From Octopus sinensis (taxonomy: Eukaryota): 64,000 nucleotides of DNA. Under the pieces are notes generated by a model. That model worked only from the letters and a program-made list of their open reading frames with translations, was not told the origin of the DNA and ran no database searches. The stretch lies in NCBI RefSeq assembly GCF_006345805.1, contig NC_043004.1, positions 34,472,001 to 34,536,000 on the forward strand, given 5' to 3'. This document shows, one piece after another, positions 40,032 to 54,220 of the stretch. The position numbers were made by a program, and so were the translations under genes. Every line of letters starts with the position of its first letter. Positions within the stretch are counted from its first letter, which is position 1.

Positions 40032-40276
40032 AACATCACTTTGGATTCCACTTGTATCTTTTTTTTATATCAACCAAAGAACTTGAAGTGAGTAATATAA
40101 ATGTAAAGAAATATCTCAGAATTGTGTTGCAGCTGCTTCTAAAGTATTGGTACCTCTCCTGTAGCATCTCATTCTAATTTTTGGTATGTGTAGGATTGTA
40201 GACTTAATGTAACACAGTGGTTCCCAACCTGGGAGTTTGCAAAGGTAGTACTGGGGGTCCATGAAATAAATTCAAA

Positions 40277-40307
<31 letters not shown>

Positions 40308-40308
<1 letters not shown>

Positions 40309-42126
40309 GTAATAAATATTAGGGAATAAATCCAAATTTACAGGGAAAAAATCAGATTTAGGATTAAATCCAATTTTATAGTAAAATATTATATAATATT
40401 ATTAGAGACAAAACCACTATTTTGCAAAACAAACAAGGAAAGACTTAATCGATACATAAAATTTTAATAAAAAGTCAAAAAAAAACCGCCACTACACGTG
40501 TGTGTATTTGTGTGTGAATGTATAGGTTAAAGGGATTGCTATATAAGTATGTTATAGTGTTTAGTAAAGGGAGGTTTTATCATTTATGTTTTTGTGAGTT
40601 TTAGTTTATCATGGTAGTTTTATAAAAGAATCCATTCATAATTTTTTTAAATAATGTTGGTTTACCGCGTGTATATAATTTTTAATTCCATTTATTCTAT
40701 TTCTCCATTCATAATTTTAAGTGAGGTTTGCTTCCATAGCGCGTATTCTTTTTATACATAAGTCATGTTCCTATGGTAACGTAATTTGGTTTGATGTTTT
40801 TAACGGATTAGAATTTAATTTCACTTCATAATTTGAAACTGACTTGAAAGTATGTATATTATTTCTCCTTATGTCATATTGTTATTTTTGATATTCTGGT
40901 TACTTACGATGTGTTATTATATGTTATTATGTGTTTAATAATGTTGTTTTTCTTTGGAGTGTTTATGTATGTGGGATTGTGTGTGAGTGTGCGTATTTTG
41001 GTTGTGTAGTTTGTTATCTGTATGAATGTGGGTGTTGGTAATATTGTTGTGTATGTCGAGTTTGGTGAGTATGTATATGTATATGGTGTGTGTTTTACGT
41101 ATGTATATTTGTGTGTGAATGTGTTTATGGGTTTGCTATTTAGGTTTGGGGATGTATGTTTATTGTCTGTGTGGGGTGAGTGGGTTTTTGGAGTATATGT
41201 GAGGTTTATATGTATGTATAGGTATGTGTAAGTGGGGTGGGTATTTGTATATGTAGTGGGTGTGTGGTTTACGTGTGTGTATTTGTGTGTGAATGTTTAG
41301 GTTAGGGGGATTGCTATATAGGTATGTTATAGAGTTTAGTAAAGGGAGATTTTATCATTATATGTTTTTATGAGTTTTCGTTTATCATGGTAGTTTTGTT
41401 AAGGAATTCGGAGAATTTGTGTCTATTGCGATTGTCTGTTGTTTTATTGCATATTTCATTCATAATTTTTAAGTAGTGTTCGTTTTACCAAGGGAATATA
41501 ATTTTTAATTCCATTTATTCCATTTCTCCGTTCATAATTTTAAGTGATGTCCGTTTCTAGAGCGGGAATGTGGGTTGTATGTGTGTGTGAGGGAGTATGA
41601 ATAAGTATTGTGTTGAAGTATTTAGCTATTTTATTTATTTATCGTTGCCTAGACGTTTTTATGTGTATGTATAGGGATATATATATATAGGTGTGTGATT
41701 TAGTGTATGTATTTAGATATAGGTATATATAATTAGTTATATGTGTATGGGTGTATATATAGTTTATTTTTGTTTTGTTTTATATTTTATATTTTATATT
41801 TTATATTTTATATTTAATTGTTGATAGGTTTATTTTAGTTTATATATTGTTTATATATTGATTATATATGGATTATATATAGGTTATATATAGATTATAT
41901 ATTCATATTTTTTCATTAATACTTTAATTATTTTAAAATTATTATTTTTATATTTTAAAATATTGATATTTTAGATTGGAAGTCCACCTGAAGATTGTCG
42001 ATCAAGACAAGAAACAATTGTAGTGGCGGTTTTTTTTTGACTTTTTATTAAAATTTTATGTATTGATTAAGTCTTTCCTTGTTTGTTTTGCAAAATAGTG
42101 GTTTTGTCTCTAATAATATTATATAA

Positions 42127-42130
<4 letters not shown>
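40308..42130. mobile_element. Penelope-like non-coding element with outward-facing inverted arms
   Basis: ~40388-40496 is the reverse complement of ~42019-42127; internal direct repeat ~40496-40745 / ~41271-41570; (TA)n on both sides. Confidence 0.8.
41984..42026 (+). ncRNA. Minimal type I hammerhead ribozyme, canonical core
   Basis: CCAC-CUGAAGA-UUGUC(GAUCAA)GACAA-GAAA-CAAUUG-UA/GUGG; all core nucleotides present; palindromic stem III as in PLE minimal HHRs. Confidence 0.88.
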
Positions 42131-42190
<60 letters not shown>

Positions 42191-42214
42191 TATATAAGTA
42201 TGTATATATATATG

Positions 42215-42247
<33 letters not shown>

Positions 42248-42270
42248 TATACATATGTATATATATTATA

Positions 42271-42300
<30 letters not shown>

Positions 42301-42302
<2 letters not shown>

Positions 42303-42492
42303 GGGAAGAATTCATGAAAAAACAAAAGACGAAGACAGGTGGTGTAGACAACAAACAGATGTATTAGTATAACGCTTGGGAAGTGGAAAAGTCTTTAATG
42401 TTTCGAACCTACACTCTTCCACAGAAAGGAACACAGAAAGAAACAAGGAGAGAAAATAAAGAATGTGTAGTGGCTAGCGATCTATTATGGCA
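42301..42492 (-). mobile_element. Third copy of the 23053 HHR-like repeat
   Basis: AAAACAAAAGACGAAGACAGGTGGTGTA..GTTTCGAACCTACACTCTTCCACAGAAAG. Confidence 0.75.
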
Positions 42493-42629
42493 AAAAAAAT
42501 ATATATACATATACATAAGGATAAGTATATTAAAAGGGATCCATGGAAAAACACATTTAAATAAAAGTGTTGGGACCCACTGTTTGAAACTGCTGTGAAA
42601 AGGTTGGGTACCATTGATGTAACACTTGA

Positions 42630-42855
42630 TTTGGCCCTTTTTATACCACCCTCTTGAAACTACCCTGCTTCTATGACATAAACTTTCTGTTTTGAGGTGA
42701 TAGTAATTAAAGTCTTCCATTAAAAATGCATGCTAATACATGCTGCAAGTCCTAGCTTGATAAAAATGAAGTTATTTTCATAATTTCTTCAATATTTCTT
42801 AGTTAAAACAAAGTCTGTGAATTTCAACTGAAATATGTTAACAAAAGGAGTTAAG
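42630..42855. mobile_element. Degenerate MITE, possibly piggyBac-like (related copies ~13095-13533 and ~24745-24908)
   Basis: Shared CTTCCAT..TTGAAACAAAG..ATTTCAAC..TAACAAAA..GTTAA end motif. Confidence 0.4.
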
Positions 42856-43951
42856 ATCCCCACCTGGTGGTCGTCAATGCCTTTAGTTATGTCGACCTTG
42901 TTGTAAGTATTTGGATCAGGTTCCTGGTCTAAACACAACTACCATTCTTCCTTCCACAAGTTGTGGTGATTCTACTAATAGTCGTAAAAATCTGTTGAAA
43001 TTCAAGTCTTTTGATTTGAGGTAGTGAAGAGGTGACATGGAATGTGAACCACGAAGCTAGTTGTTTCAGGTACTTCTTCAATTTCAGCCTCAATCATTGC
43101 AATATATGTGAAGTAGTGGGTGTCTATCATTCAACAACGAGATCTCTGTTGCTTGTTCAAATGAATAAACATGTAAGGGTCTGATTACTGCACAGACATG
43201 TTGTACCCTTAACGTTGTTCTCAAGCAGAATTAGTATGACTCAGTGTGTAACAAGGCTGTACATTTTGAAATATATATAAAATTCATCTGATAAGCTTCA
43301 GTACAGTTTCAATCTACCCCCATTTCACTTACATGATATGAGCTGACCCTGAGAATATAAAAAATTACATTTACTTAAGGTGCCATGCAGTTGGATTGAA
43401 CCAGGAATCTCATGGTTGTGAAACAAACTTTTAAACCATTCAGCCATATTACATCTATGAACATCAACATCAACAACACTGAAAAAACAAAAAAAAAAAG
43501 CTATGTTTGCCTTTGTTTTAATGAACATCGTGTAAAACCACAGCAGACAAAATGAAAATTCGAGGACTGACATGGAGAGAGAGTCACTAAATCAGTTTAG
43601 CTTCAACAATGTTAATTAAGGCCATTTGATTCTGTAGAACCTGCAAATTCAATTCTAAGAGTCCAAGTTAATACCATTATTAATAAACACAGTTCTGTGT
43701 ATATAATATATGCATGTTTTTTGTTTTTGTTTTACCTGCTGATAAAGTAGGATAAACCGACTGACCAACCATCAATAATCTTTAATCACGTACAAGTGTG
43801 ACGAACAGTTTATTTCTTGACTTTTCTTTAGAACCAAAGATCTCAGCAGTTGTTGATAGAACCTTCTCACTTTAATACTCACATAATTCTAGATTAGAGG
43901 AGATTATGCTCAATTCAGATTACACTGAAATATTGTTGTTGTTGGGATTAC

Positions 43952-44009
<58 letters not shown>

Positions 44010-44019
44010 TTATTATTAA

Positions 44020-44235
44020 TAGGCGGCAAGCTGACAGAATCATTAGCACACCAGGTGAAATGCTTAGCACTATTTCATCTGTCTTTACGTTCTGAATTCA
44101 AATTCCACTGAGGTTGACTGTGCTTTTTATCCTTTCGGGCTAGATAAATTAAGTATCAGTTGCATACTGGGGTTGATCTAATTGACTGACCCCCTTCCAA
44201 AAAATATTGGGCCTTACACCTAGAGTAGAAAAGAT
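44020..44235 (+). mobile_element. SINE family B variant within (ATT)n
   Basis: GGCGGCAAGCTGACAGAAT head and central domain; a second decayed copy follows at ~44322-44530. Confidence 0.75.
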
Positions 44236-44830
44236 TATTATTATCATTATTACTATTATTATTATTGTTATTATTATTTGTCTAATTTATTGTTGTTGTT
44301 GTTACTATCATTATTATTATTAAGGCAGCAAACTGGCAGAATTATTAGCATGCCAGCCAAAATGCTTAGTGGTTACATTCTGTCGTTGCATTCATCATCA
44401 GCTTTGTCTTTTTTTGTTTCTGATGACCTTTTTCAGTGTCAATAAAATTAGTACCAGTTGAGCAGTAAGGTCAATGTCATCAACTGGCACCCACGTCCCC
44501 AGGGCTTGTGCCCGTTGGTGAGAGGATTATCAGTAGATATGATTGGTGTCAACATTTTCATCATGCAAACAGCAACCTGGTAATTGACAAGGATGTACTT
44601 GCCTGGCAAGTACACCACCAAGACATGTATATACATGTGGATAGTGTTGCAGCAGGTCATGTGATGACATGGTTTTTTTTTTTTTTCCTGACCTTGTCAG
44701 ATAACTTGTTCTGATGACGTCTAACTACTGGAAATATTTCTATCACTCAGTCATAAGTGAGAAGTCCTTGTCAGAGGCCTCCAGCTCTTTCTTAATTCTG
44801 AATAGGAAGCAGCTGATCAGCTTCAAGTCA

Positions 44831-44869
<39 letters not shown>

Positions 44870-46022
44870 CAATAGCAAAATAACGAATGATTTTTTTATT
44901 CATTTTAGTGTAATACGCTACTCTTCATTTCCTTTCTGTTTGGTAAAATTTCCAAGTAAAGATAGTAATTGAACTGCAGCAATCCAAATGTTATGCTTAG
45001 TGCTGGTCGAGTAACGTTACATTTGGCCCTTCTCTATTAATGGATTAATAAATTTTATTCCAGAACACACACTGGAGCTCATTATGCATAAGTACATGTA
45101 GATCTTTCACAGACCTATGGCAGCAAAAAAAAGTAGACACTTGTGAAAACACAGATAAACAGGTGCTTTTCAAACAAAGATACCTTGTGTGGCATTTGTT
45201 CCACCCGGGTTACATAAGCACTCTATCATCACTTTCAACATCATATATGCTATAAACCACTGATTGGCCCATTGGAAAACCTGCAACCAATAACGCTATT
45301 GTTCACAAAATGCGATATAAAATGAATAAATACTCTATACCATAGTTTAAATTCTGCCTGAATCAAATTTGCTTTTCATCAATCTGACAGTGATAAAATA
45401 AAGAAGCATTCAACTGGAAACCTATGTCTATTATAAGTAGTCCTGTGGGTAATAAAGTTTCCATATAAATCATTGTTATTTATCTCATAATACATGCTGA
45501 ACGCTGCAATAAAATGTAACACATCTCAATGCATAGTGTGAGAGAGGGAGAGAGACAGAGACAGAGAGAAAGAAAGAGGTTAAAATGTATATTCCATCAT
45601 TTGCTTGTTCACCCTGCTATTGAAATAGTCCGTCCAGTAAACAAGGTATAGTATACATTATACTGTTTGATACATGTGTATGTATATAATATATAAGAAC
45701 GTCTGTATACATACATATGCATGGTTATTTAACACCTAACTGAATAATTATATGAGATATATATATATACATGTATGAATACATACATAGATACACACAC
45801 ACACAGAGATATGCATGTATATATCATCATCATCATCATTATCATTTTCATGATTTAACGTTTGTTTTCCATGCTGGCATGGGTTGGACTGTTTGAGAAG
45901 AGCCAGCAAGCCGGAGAGCAGCACCAGGTTCCATTTGTCTGGTTTCTATGGCTGGATGCCTTTCCTAGCACTAACCACTTTACAGAGTGTACTGGATGCT
46001 TTCTATGTGACATCAGCATACA

Positions 46023-46067
<45 letters not shown>

Positions 46068-46157
46068 TGTAGCCTTATTTGGACAGGTAGTTGTGATTCT
46101 GCTGCTCTCTTAGATGTATTGAGGGACACTAACTTGCTCATATGTAAATCCTTGTTT

Positions 46158-46390
46158 AGGCGGTGAGCTGGCAGAAACGTTAGCACACTGGGTGAAATGC
46201 TTACCAGTATTTCGTCTGTCATTACGTTCTGAGTTCAAATTCCGCCGAGGTCGACTTGGCCTTTCATCCTTTCGGGGTCGATAAATAAAGTACCAGTTTC
46301 GCAATGGGGTCGATGTAAACGACTTAATCCCATTGTCTGTCCTTGTTTGTCCCCTCTATGTTTAGCCCCTTGTGGGCAGTAAAGAAATAT
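46158..46390 (+). mobile_element. SINE family B
   Basis: Reverse complement of 18493-18723. Confidence 0.9.
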
Positions 46391-46486
46391 ATATATCCCT
46401 GTTTCTCTCTCTCTCTCTCTCTATCTCGCTATCTCTCTCTCTATATATATATCCCACTTTCTCTCTCTATATATATATATTTCCCA

Positions 46487-46525
<39 letters not shown>

Positions 46526-47337
46526 ATTCTTTACAAGTTTCATTTATGACAAGGCATTGGCTGACATTCGACTAAAACAGAAACCCCTTTCCCAAGGTGC
46601 CCTCTGCTGGGGCAGAATCAGGAACAACAAGGTGTCAAGAAGCAAACTCATTAACTCCACAGCCATATATGCACCAAATGTTGCTTGTGAAAGAACGGAT
46701 GCTTTTCAAGCAGAATCTCTTAAGTTTGAGAGGTTGTTTTGTTTTCCCATTTGTCAGAAATGTTGTGAACCAATGATTGGTCCATTGGAAACCTGTAACC
46801 AACGATGTTTTGTCCATAGATTCTGGTGTAAAATATATAAATAAACAAATACAACAGATTTGGAATGTTTTGCATATCGTGACAGTTCCTCTGACAAGCT
46901 GGAAGAAGTCCATTGTGTGAGTATCAATCGATTTCTCTTGAGGTACAGACTTTCAAAATTGCTGTTCAAATATTTTGTCACCAAGCCAAGTGACCCACCT
47001 ATATAAGTGCATGTATGTAGATTCACATATTAAATATCTTTGTTTAATAACCAAAGAAAACAATACTGATTCGTAGCATAGGTTTTATATTTATTAAGAG
47101 TAAATGATGATTCATGGCTGATACTTAATAGATATATTGATGTATTTGTTTAGAATTTTCTGAGTTTATTCTTAAAAAGTGAAGAAGCAACATAATTACT
47201 TTTCCTACAAAACTACTTTTATTCAAAACTGAGATTTAATACATAAATTTTATACATGCTTTACTCTGTTTCCAGCTGATTAAATTAAGTTGGTTCTTAT
47301 TGATGGTTGACATGCTTTATTCACTTTCTCATGTACT

Positions 47338-47338
47338 C

Positions 47339-47417
<79 letters not shown>

Positions 47418-47522
47418 CCATCATCATCACCATCATCATCACCATCATCACCACCACCACCACCACCACTACCATCATCATCATCATCATCCTCATCATC
47501 ATCATCATCATCATCATTATCA
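47338..47522. repeat. (CAT)n/(CAC)n microsatellite, tail of a minus-strand RTE-like 3' fragment
   Basis: Direct reading; followed by TTTTCCATGCCAGCATGG. Confidence 0.9.
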
Positions 47523-48016
47523 CTCCCGTTACTACTACATTAAGACCCCCTGTTTTCCATGCCAGCATGGATCAGATGGGATTCATTGAGGCAAATTTTC
47601 TACACCCGGGCACCCTTCCAGTTGCCAACCCTCATCTGTTTCCAAGAAAGTTAATATTTTCTCTTGACCAGACATGGTTTTCATGGAAGACTGGAAGTGA
47701 AAATGAAAATGCTTGCATGACAATGGCACTTGCTAACAACTATCATGTGATGTCAAGACAGGGTGACACACACATACGAGAGGCTTCTTTCAGTTTCCAT
47801 CAACCAAGGCCTTGGTCAGCCTAGGACTACAGAAGAAAACATTTGCACTCAAGTTGTCACTGCAAGGTAATGATCTAATAATTACAAAGCTGAGTCTGTG
47901 CAGTAAGTGCAGAAAAGAAATTTGCATCAAGGGTTCAAACCAAGGTCCAAACTTTTTTTGAAACAATGTTGCTTTTTTTCAATCTCAATATTAAAACAAA
48001 TACACATATAATAATG

Positions 48017-48080
<64 letters not shown>

Positions 48081-48083
<3 letters not shown>

Positions 48084-48716
48084 GACCAAAGCCTCCCCAC
48101 CAGAAATTACCAAAAACATGTAATGAAAAGAAATATTACAAGTAACTGCAGAATATGTGGAGATGGACAAGAAACAATAAATCATATTATCTCTAGCTGC
48201 CCAGTCCTGGCTAAGAAGGAATATATTCACAGACATGACAGAGTTGGAACCTACATACATTGGAAGCTATGCCAACATTATGGAATAACAACAGAAAAAA
48301 GATGGTATAGGCACACACCAGAAAAGGTCACAGAAAACGAGAAAGCAACCATACTCTGGGATATGCCGATACACACAGATAGAGAAATTAAGGCCAACAG
48401 ACCAGATATAGTTGTCAGAGATCATGAAGAAAAAAAATGCTTTCTAATTGATGTATCAATACCGGCAGATGACAACGTGTCTCTAAAAGAAATGGAGAAA
48501 CTCTCAAAATACAAAGACCTGGAAATAGAGGTAACTAGAATGTGGAATCTGAAAACAGAAACAATTCCTATCATAGTAGGTGCATTAGGCATGATAAAAA
48601 AATATTCAGACAGATTCATAACAAAAGCACCAGGACTTACAAACACATATAACATACAGAAAATTGCACTACTAGGCACTGCACACATCCTACGCAGAAC
48701 ACTTTCCATACAATAA
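48081..48716 (+). CDS. C-terminal CCHC zinc knuckle plus restriction-like endonuclease (partial, uninterrupted frame)
   Basis: QDQSLPTRNY, CRICG..ETINHIISSC, RHD, RPDIV..LIDV, K..KY, IVGALG; frame open from the truncation point to the stop. Confidence 0.88.
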
Positions 48717-48830
48717 CCATCAGAGCATCACAACAAATCACAGCACATACCCAAGGCACACAGAGCTACGCTTGGTAGTGAAGTGAAAGCACGCTATAAA
48801 AATAAAACTACTGAATAATAATAATAATAT
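48081..48830 (+). mobile_element. 5'-truncated R4/Dong-type non-LTR retrotransposon in (TAA)n
   Basis: RLE domain ORF plus ~100-bp 3'UTR; (TAA)n on both flanks. Confidence 0.9.
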
Positions 48831-49021
48831 TCGGGGATCTTTTGAGCAGGATGGGCTACTTGACCTGACAAAAATTCTAACTGCAAGGTCATGTGCTACT
48901 TATGTTGATATGAGATCACCATGTTATACATATGTGGTCAGACAGGTAATCATGATGGGTATATTGGGGTTCATATATTTTACCCTAGTGTCACTTTGAT
49001 GGCATGCACTGCTCTCTCACT

Positions 49022-49112
<91 letters not shown>

Positions 49113-50314
49113 TTGGCTCATTCATTTTGGCAATGAAGTTTTTCAAGCGGACATTCAAAGTGTTTTTGTTGTTCCACATAAATTTTAGGGGGTGTGCTTG
49201 TACTCCTTTACCCCCAGTTCTCTGCTTTTACAGATTAGGTGAATCAACCAATTATTTATCCCTGATTATATCTGTTAATGTGAACTTATAATTCAGGAAT
49301 TTAACCTGATGTTTTGCATCAGCTTTCTGGGAATATTGAGTTTTTTTTTTTTTTTTACTAGCCATTAATGTGATAATCACTTTTAGAACTTTATTATTTT
49401 ACTGCTGCCAAATTATGAAGAGCATCGATGATTCCGTGGATGAGCTTAAATTTCTAATCATTATGCCAATGCTTCAAATTCTCCATCAACTGACTGCATA
49501 TTTCCCATCACCATTCTTAATAGTGGCCTTTTATACTAATAGAAAAATCAGTTGAAAAACCAATCCTCACAACATCAGCCTGTTGTTTTTTTCTTTGTAT
49601 TTTTTATAGATGCTAACAGTTGATGCACTCTTCAATATAAATAACACTAAAAATATTCATTAAGATCAGTTGTTCAGACCCAGGCTTGTGCTGTGTTGTG
49701 TAAACATACATTAGGATGATGCTGGTAATTATTATAATCAGGTCATGCTTAGAGATATGCAATTCTTTATTGACATATTTTGGCATTTACTAATGCCATG
49801 TTGTATGTTCCATACCACTTTGACAAACTGCTGTCTATTATCACAGTTTGATGTTCAAGAGACACCTCTAGTTTGTCAGTTTATGAGATACTTACCAGCT
49901 CTTACGAGGTGTGTTTGGCTGAGTCATATTTATGAAAAATTGTTCTATTTAATGTACAACTAAAAAATGGTATGCTGTATAAATTTTTTTCCCTGGAAAA
50001 TATTTAGATAATTTTGGCCTATATCTCATGAGGCCATAAATTTGAACACTGTTTTTAATCATAAGTTGCAGAATTGTAAAAACAACACTAAATTTGGCCG
50101 TATAGCAACATGATTCCACAAATTATTACCAGTTACAAATAAAATATATTTTTCTCATGAGCAATTTTATTTCCCTGCATAACATATGTGTATAGGCCTA
50201 TGAACACTACTTAAAAGGAACACAGGAGCAATAAGCAGTCATTCATCTCAGCTGATAAACTGATATACTCCCCCCAAATCTATGCTCCTGTCAATATCTA
50301 ATGTAAAGGATAAA

Positions 50315-50355
<41 letters not shown>

Positions 50356-50970
50356 TGTTTTATTAACAAGCAGAATATTCTTCTTCCAGAACTTGCCTGA
50401 AAGAGCTATACAGAGGGTTACATGTGATGCCATCATATTCTGAATATGTTTGATAGTTCCCTTACAACTTACATAATATTGTTTTCATCTTATCAAATGC
50501 TTCAAGAATGATGCTTGTCACTCATAAAAAAAACTGCTCAAACTCACCTAAGACCTCCACTGCCATCTTGCTTTGTTATTAGTTAGTCTATTAATGCCAG
50601 TATTGTTGTAAAAGTTGGAGGCAATTGTCAGTGTCTTTATTTCGCTGTCAATGGAACAGATTTCCTTGAGTGACTACTAGAATTTTGCCAATGTTTGTTA
50701 ATACTGATAGCAAGATTTTAAACGCACTGTATGAGTATTGATTTGTTATACATACATGTATGTATATATATATATATATATATATACTGCTTTTGTGAAT
50801 AAAATTAGTCAAAGCCAAAAAATTTATACGAGATCTCAAAACATGGAACAATTATATTTGGGATCTAGTATAATATTTTTTGCTTTGTCTAATTTTATTT
50901 ACAAAAGCAATATGTATATGTGTGTGTGTACGTGTGTGTGTTTGTGTGTGTGTGTGTGTGTATGTACTGT

Positions 50971-50977
50971 TAGATAG

Positions 50978-51031
<54 letters not shown>
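50971..51031. repeat. (GATA)n microsatellite
   Basis: Direct reading. Confidence 0.95.
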
Positions 51032-51033
<2 letters not shown>

Positions 51034-51484
51034 GTATATACATATATATATGTAAATTTATACATATATTTATATGTATGTATGTATGTGTATATATACA
51101 TATATACATACACACACATATATATACACACACATACAGATAGACATATTTATATATGTATGAGTGTATATATATTTATATATGTATATATATAAAATTA
51201 TTTTTCAGATACACATACATATACATACATATAAACAATATCGAACCCACATACACAAGGTACGTGTTTTGCCAGTTTATGGTCAGTTTATAAGCATGAC
51301 AGAAAATCTTCTTCTAAATACATATATTTTAAGAAAAAGGAAGTAGTCAGGATTTAGATAAAAGGATTTTATTTACCACTTTCAACGCTTTCAGGAATTC
51401 ATCATGACTTCTTCCTTTTTCTAAATATATACAATCTGTACACTACTTCAAACAATTTATACCCACACACACATTCACAAACAC

Positions 51485-51532
<48 letters not shown>

Positions 51533-51569
51533 GTGTGTGTATGTGTGTGTGTATATGTATATTTAGACT

Positions 51570-51690
51570 TTATATAAAAGCAGCAGAAATGTAACAAAAG
51601 CTGTTACTCAGAGTTTCACGTTCCCGTTCGTCGGGTATTTGAGTAGTCTTTTTTCCACCTTGTTTCACATTTATGTGCTTACATTGGTAT
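51570..51690. mobile_element. Rearranged copy of the 5611 HHR family
   Basis: CTGTTACTCAGAGTTTCACGTTCCCGTTCGTCGG fused to the inverted terminal segment TTTTTTCCACCTTGTTTCACATTTATGTG; in (TA)n. Confidence 0.75.
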
Positions 51691-51693
51691 ATA

Positions 51694-51732
<39 letters not shown>

Positions 51733-54175
51733 CAAATGTATATGAATGTATATTTTTCCAATTATTCCAATAAATTTATAATTTTAATTGTCCCACAAAA
51801 CAAGAATTATAGAGAGTCCATTGATAGAGCAGTTTGACAAAAGCAAATTCTATTTCACCATCAGAAGAATATGAGATTTAATTGGCCCACTTGATTTGTG
51901 TGTGTTTAATGTGTGGCATGAGACTTGGCAGATATTATTTGCATCACAAGAAGTTTAATAATGTAAACAAGTCAAAAAAATAATGATCTGACCACTATAA
52001 AATTTAATTGCATAAATGCTATTTACTAACAAAAATGCAGAAATAAATAAATAAAAATACTAATAAAAAAGAAAACAAGAAGAGGAATGAAGTAGAAGCT
52101 TGTCTGAATATCTTAGAGAAATGTTCATGAGGTTTCTCGTATTATTGGTAAACATAAAAATTCAGTTAATAAAATTGGAGTTACTCTGCAAACATTTTCT
52201 TAAATAAATAAATTTTCATCAAATAAATAAATTTCCTTTTCAGTTGCCACAACCTGCAGAGTAATTTTGAAATTGCAGAATGTCGTCTCTGCTTTCATAA
52301 ACAGCACAAAACGTTAGAATTAAACAATAAGTTCTCTACCAGCTCCATGTTATAGAATAATCTCTGAGAAAAAAATATTTCTCCACATTTTTCAGAATAG
52401 AACCAAAAGCAATATGTTTTAATCTTTGGGATAAAGGAGCCAATAATAAATAGAGGAGGGTTTTTTGTTTAGAAGTGATAGTCAGGCTCCATTCAGGCCT
52501 CTATCCCTGGGTCATAGATCTGCATTAGATTGCGGGTAACTAATAATTCCAACAAGAACATTCCATTACCATCTTGTTAGTCTCTGTGTCTCCATATGTA
52601 GGAACTTTTTTTGCTGTATGTATCTATCAAATTCTATCAATACATCAATCTCCATAACAGCATATCTGTTTGTCTAGCTGTCTGCTAATCTGCTTATCAA
52701 TCAATAGAACATAAAACCAATTCCTGTTATTTCTTCTCTTTTCTCTCTACCTTTGTCTCTTCCACATATACACTCATTTAGAATTAGAATTATTCTCATT
52801 GTTTATTTAATTTCACCCCTATTATTTTCATTTTCAATACCACTAGATGTATATAGCTGCCTCTCTCATGACCCTGATCTTCCCCCTTTTCTTTCTTCTT
52901 CTTTTAATCAAACATTCTTTCTCTATTTCTCATTCCCAACAAGAATAATAGCTGGTTCTAACAGCTGAATTGTTTTCAGAAAAACTTGAATAAGAAGCTC
53001 TTCAATAAGTATTTTTCTAAACCAATCTTAGTTTGTTACAATTACAGCAGCCTTGATTTTATATAAAAGACAATGTAGAGCAATTTTCAATTCCTATGGA
53101 AAGCTTGTTTCCATTTCTGCTTAGCAACACTGAATGTAATAATAGCATTCTGTTTCCTCTTTGCCAAAATAGAGATCAATTCTGAGTCTTGGCTTTGAAA
53201 TTATGTTTGGTTGTAAGTGATATTTTTTCAATTAAACTGACAACTTTTAATTATTTGTGTTGAACAAGAACCCAGAAATAGACAATCTGTTAAACTTTAC
53301 TCTTTGATTGTAAGCCACCTTTTTATCGAACAACGTAATGCTTCATCTTTTCTAATTAAACAAATTTTATTGGCTCTAAATCTGTAGAAGACTTGACTTA
53401 TTATTAAAAGCTTCCAAATTAGTCTGTCATGTTAAACTATATTTTGATTTACTTAAGTATATTCACTACGTCTGCATGCAGATAAATTACTCTGTTGATC
53501 TTCTACATTCTTATCAGGATTTCTTCATTTCATCAGAGTTACTATACAAACTTAACATGAAGCTGACACTTGTTAATGGGATACCATTATATTCCTTAAA
53601 GGGGTGCTTCTCTTAATGCTGTCTACTCATATCGTCAGATGGCCACTTGAGTATTATTTCAATGACTAAATGGATGAATTATGTAAACGTGTCCAGTTTC
53701 TGTATTGACTCAGACAGCAACTCTCAAGTTTACAATATTTTCATACAGAGAATAATATCCACATCATAATAAATTGCCCTAGCACACCACCCCTAGAGAT
53801 CATTTCAACATACACAATGAACATAGAATATTTAAATTTAAAGAGTCGAGATATATCTAATGGCCACATTTCAGAATTGCAGTCAGTATCTTCTCTCACA
53901 GCTTATACAGCAGAACCTACCATTAAAAAAATAACCTAGACACATTAGTTACACATTTAAAATGATTACAATACCTTGCTAAAATTCTCTATCTCTGTCT
54001 GTCTGTTTGTCTTTTTTCTATCTACCTGGTTTTCTATCTCTCCCTCCAATGTTTACAAACTCAAACCAACAAATGAAATAAAATAGCCACAACAGATATC
54101 ATTTTCCAAATCTTTTAAAAACAAACAAAAAGACCCCACTTCTGTGAGGCAGAGTCTGTCATGCCTTTCTTACAG

Positions 54176-54220
54176 TAGTCACCTTGAAAGCTATTGAATG
54201 GATTAAAAACAAGCTCGGCG
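54176..54220 (+). CDS. Candidate 45-nt internal exon (xVTLKAIEWIKNKLGx), product unknown
   Basis: Acceptor CCTTTCTTACAG, donor GCG|GTAAGT, length divisible by 3, open in phase 1, within a ~3-kb repeat-free block. Confidence 0.35.

Larger units (their letters stand above)
40215..42616. mobile_element. hAT-type MITE carrying nested insertions
   Basis: TIR CAGTGGTTCCCAACCT / AGGTTGGGTACCATTG; exact 8-bp TSD ATGTAACA at 40207-40214 and 42617-42624. Confidence 0.85.

Noticed and set aside
46557-47026. Overlapping ~90-aa ORFs
   Set aside because: No domain motif; begin in a SINE remnant and overlap a dispersed non-coding motif
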